Assembly: GCF_963678975.1 (NCBI RefSeq)
Contig: NC_089281.1
Coordinates: forward strand, 27,857,151 to 27,921,150
Source: Dysidea avara
Lineage: Eukaryota
Reading direction: 5' to 3'
Length of the DNA stretch: 64,000 bases
Shown one piece after another: positions 60,864-64,000 of this stretch; position 1 is the first letter of the stretch, and every line of letters starts with the position of its first letter. The position numbers and the translations under genes were made by a program. The notes under the pieces are model-generated. The model was given only the letters and a program-made list of their open reading frames with translations. It did not search any database and was not told where the DNA came from.

Positions 60864-61242
60864 ATGGCTGACAACCCATATTTTGCTGCATTTGAAAAGT
60901 ACTATGAACAATTGGAAAAGGCCCTGCCGATGGACTCGATGTATCCTACCTTATTAAGTAAAGGTTTACTACGTGATCCAGGGCTTGCCGAGAATGTAGA
61001 GAAGGCGACAACTGACATTGCTAAAGCGCGGGTGTTTTTGGGATCGATGAGACCCGGGCTACAAATCGGTGGAACGGAAACATTCGAACTTTTTCTGGAT
61101 GCAATGACTGAATATGAGATGAAAACTAATAAAGAAGAAATAACGATTCTTTTGAGCAGAATAAGGCAACACTTACCATCACCCAACTCGCCCTCGCCCC
61201 CAAGTAAACAAGTGGAACAAACAGGACCCACTCCAGGACCAG
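60864..61242 (+). CDS. Candidate first coding exon of a gene with a tentative death-fold (CARD/DED-like) all-helical N-terminal domain: MADNPYFAAFEKYYEQLEKALPMDSMYPTLLSKGLLRDPGLAENVEKATTDIAKARVFLGSMRPGLQIGGTETFELFLDAMTEYEMKTNKEEITILLSRIRQHLPSPNSPSPPSKQVEQTGPTPGP
   Basis: The ORF-track start at 60795 is inside the upstream MITE; the first ATG is at 60864. A possible donor gtatag lies at 61243. The apparent ORF continuation 61264-61349 is the terminus of an inserted MITE. The ~90-aa helical segment has a hydrophobic periodicity compatible with a six-helix death-fold, but the assignment is weak. Confidence 0.35.
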
Positions 61243-61263
61243 GTATAGCTATATGGTGTAGCT

Positions 61264-61698
61264 TAGTCTCACGTGGCCAGACCGCTTTTTTCCGTGTATT
61301 GGGTGGGGAAAAAGGGTCTGGTGCAACTCCAATAGCTGTTTACTTCTGAGCCATCCCCAGACTCTGGGGATGCTAATTGAATAACATTGGCCACAAAGTA
61401 GGTGCCATGACATCAGTAAAACAATGATATTCGTACACTCCTGCTCCAGTTGTGAGTCTTGTTACACGATGAGGATGAACTTTCAAGATGCTATAAAAGA
61501 GACATTGGAGCAAATTAAGATTCGTTTAAAGAATAAACAGATCAAAACCATCTCGAGTTACTTACTGACGTCATTGGCGCCTCCTTTGCGGCTAATGTTA
61601 TTCAATTGCCATCCCCATAGTCTCGGGACAGCTCAGAAGTAAACAGCTATTGGAGTTGCACCATGCACAGAAAAAAGCGGTCTGGCCACATGAGACTA
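61264..61698. mobile_element. MITE family C copy (TIR tagtctcacgtggccagaccgcttttttc)
   Basis: The left end tagtctcacgtggccagaccgcttttttccgtg mirrors the right end cacagaaaaaagcggtctggccacatgagacta. Inserted immediately after the candidate exon. ORF-track entry 61424..61642 lies inside it. Confidence 0.65.
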
Positions 61699-61744
61699 GG
61701 TGTAGCTATGTAATGATTATATGGTATGGGCATGAGTGATTTGT

Positions 61745-62640
61745 ACAAGCTGGTAGTGATGCACCGATACCGATACTAGTATCGGTATCGGCGGCCCTAT
61801 TTTGGCAGTATCGGACTTGTATCGGTAAAGCTATAAATTGCCAATACCAGCCGATACTTTAGATGACATCATTTAATTACTTATCAAGATGGCAGCGTAC
61901 ATAGCGCATTGAACAGAGTTGAGCAAAAGCTGATATAAGCCATGAATTCCTTAAAAGAAGCCAGCTGGTAGCATTATTAGTACAGTGGAAACTGAAGTAA
62001 GCCACGAAATAAGATTCATTGAAGCCATAAACTATTATGCACTTGTCAATTTCATGCCCCACCCCCCACCCCCGGGCGTCCCCACACCCCAAGTGGGGAT
62101 TTGACATTACTTCTTGTCCCCACCCCTGGGGCAATTGACAGTTCTCAAATTCACTGACCGATTTTCGGTAGTTGCATTTCTAAACAATTAAATCGTACTC
62201 ACTATAATTTTACTAGCTACAGGTGTATACCAGGTTAATTAATAGTCGCATGCATGAAATATGAGTTTATCCTTGAGGTGTTGTCAAATCCCCTACTAGG
62301 GGGTGGGGACATAGTGGGGATTTGACAGCCGATTTTGCCCCAGTAGTGGGGAATTTGACACCACGATTTGTCAAATCCCCTGTATTCCCCCACCACCCCA
62401 GGGGTGGGGCATAAAATTGACAAGTGCATTATATTATCTTCGCTTGATAGCCACAAAACCAGCAAACTGCAGTTGATGGGATTAGCAAATGAGTTTAGTA
62501 AGCTAAATCACTAGCTGTTTCTTGTGAGAAATGCCTGTGGGACAAAGTATCGGTATCGGCCATTTCTGGCCTCAAATGTATCGGTATCGGATCGGTAGTG
62601 AAAAAGTGGTATCGGTGCATCACTACAAGCTGGGGTTAAC
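61745..62640. mobile_element. ~900-bp TIR element (caagctggtagtgatgcaccgataccgata...) with a nested inverted repeat (ataatgcacttgtcaatttcatgcccc / ggggcataaaattgacaagtgcattat) and G/C-rich cccc-acccc internal repeats
   Basis: Termini at 61749-61800 and 62575-62640 are reverse complements. Nested IR at 62033-62062 / 62401-62432. No intact transposase ORF; probably a non-autonomous DNA transposon. Confidence 0.55.
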
Positions 62641-62851
62641 AAATGCATGTCGGGATTTATTGTCTCAGTCTTGCAACATTGCATGGAGAGCAAATTGTGT
62701 AGAGCATCTTGCATGTTAGCTAACTACAAATGTGCATGCATACTGTATAGTAAAGATTGGCAAAAATCCACTATTGCAAAATTGACGAAAAAAACTTTGG
62801 TGAATGGGGCTTCACGTGAAATATTTTAGTTACCACGTACTGTACCACTCG

Positions 62852-63042
62852 AATGCAACATCGCTACACACGAGTGCAAGTGATTAAACAACTTGCCAAT
62901 TAAGGGGAGTGGCAGCCATTTCGATCACAAGTCTTTATTCCTCGCATTGAGGGATGACGACACACGATGGAAACAGCTGCCACACCCCATTAATTAGCAA
63001 GTCTTTTAATTACTTGCATGTAGCAACGTTGCATTCGAGTGG
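62852..63042. mobile_element. MITE (~190 bp) with TIR ccactcgaatgcaacatcgctac
   Basis: The left end ccactcgaatgcaacatcgctacacacgagtgcaagtgattaaa mirrors the right end ttaattacttgcatgtagcaacgttgcattcgagtgg. Confidence 0.6.
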
Positions 63043-64000
63043 TAGCTATCATACAAGTGTAAGCATCATTTGCTGGTTCTTATGAATGTTTGGATTTCTG
63101 TGAACTCTTAAATACCCACGATACCTGTCACGATACTTTGATACCCATCCTTTCAACATTGTTAATCTGCTCATGTGATTGCTAAAAATAATTGGCGGAT
63201 AAAACTTTGACGATTGTAGCGCTATTCGCCAAATTTGTCAAAGTTTTTTTTAGTTCACTGTTATGGTAGTTGTTTATTTATACTGCTCCTAATGTGACGT
63301 TCTTTGGCCAAGTCATATTATGCTTTAGACAAAAGTTTTGAATTGCTTCTGTGTTGCAGAAAGAAAGTAAAACCATTAGGACTGTGAGACTTAACTGTAA
63401 TTGCTTAAATATTACATGCATATCTGGCTACATTCTGAGCATGCACATTTAATTTTTCAAGATGGCAACGGAACATTTCTTGTGCCCATTCGAATAAATG
63501 AAATATTCATACCAATCGAGCAAATCAATAACCCATTTGGGGTATAAGAACTATAGTTTTCTTATAAAGGAACTCATACATATTGAAATTTCTGTTGTCG
63601 GTCTGTCTCCTATGGTAGAAGAACAACTATAATCTGAAGACATCTTTATCTTAACCATTTGTCTGAGTTATACTATTCCTGCAGCCAGGAAGGTATAAAA
63701 TTGCTATTCAAAAACTTGTACAAGATTTTCAATCAATGGCTATCATACAGTACCATAGTACTGTATAGTAGGGACCACAAAGGAGTAGACGTGGCCCACG
63801 AAATAATATCACCCAAAAAGCAGCCCAATTTTCCCTGATGACGATGAGGCAGTATTGGTTAGGTAAAAGTAAGCCCAAACAAGCTTTCAGATCGACCCGA
63901 AATGCTTTCAACAAGTTGCTACGGAATTTTAAAAATTATTTATTTAACGGAATTTTCTAGTGACTGACTGAGTAACTGACTGACTGACTGATGCCTTCAG

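Noticed and set aside
60795-61349. 184-aa ORF as a single gene
   Set aside because: The first 23 codons lie in the terminus of an upstream MITE and the last ~29 codons (IAIWCSLVSRGQTAFFRVLGG...) are the terminus of a downstream MITE. Only 60864-~61242 is a plausible exon.
1-64000. Prokaryotic-style system (operon, CRISPR, defence island)
   Set aside because: The sequence has spliceosomal introns, signal-peptide mini-exons, SINE/MITE repeats and long microsatellites. No direct-repeat/spacer architecture, no operonic gene packing, no Shine-Dalgarno-led ORF series.

Overview
This 64-kb window is eukaryotic, most likely metazoan, nuclear DNA rather than prokaryotic. It has GT-AG introns with clear gtaagt/gtgagt donors and polypyrimidine-AG acceptors, many microsatellites and minisatellites, SINE-like and MITE-like interspersed repeats, and ~40% GC. 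The supplied ORF track evidently uses bacterial start codons, because several 'M' residues sit on GTG, so ORF starts were re-derived from the sequence. Gene content: (1) A long multi-exon gene on the minus strand runs from at least 207 to 14110 and probably continues past the window start. It encodes an SLP-76/BLNK-family-like adaptor with an N-terminal SAM domain, acidic Y-x-x-P-P tyrosine-motif micro-exons, a 325-codon proline-rich exon carrying a P-x-x-x-R-x-x-K-P (Gads-SH3-type) motif, and a C-terminal SH2 domain split over at least 3 exons. (2) An intronless class-PLD1/2-type phospholipase D (two HKD motifs, N-terminal TM helix, no PX/PH) lies at 16644-18680 (+). A paralog with a degenerated N-terminus lies at 21160-23052 (+). 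Two decayed PLD pseudogene fragments lie at ~25.2-25.9 kb and ~59.9-60.3 kb. (3) An intronless archaemetzincin-like zinc metalloprotease (HEIGHMFGLQHC...CPVCLRKL) lies on the minus strand between the two PLDs. (4) The most striking feature is a tandem array of seven two-exon genes. Five are on the plus strand between 26.7 and 37.8 kb and two on the minus strand at 45.1 and 53.5 kb. Each encodes a ~150-aa secreted protein made of a signal peptide plus one ~125-aa domain. The domain's motif constellation (FRFT...GYFIESING...CYWTLS...GISSYYPS.KAVVQWEY) matches the transcobalamin/intrinsic-factor C-terminal beta domain (DUF4430 type). The remaining DNA is dense in MITEs and hairpins, a ~300-bp SINE-like family, a 75-bp x ~15 minisatellite and a ~370-bp (TGTA)n tract. 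No rRNA, tRNA or CRISPR features were recognised.
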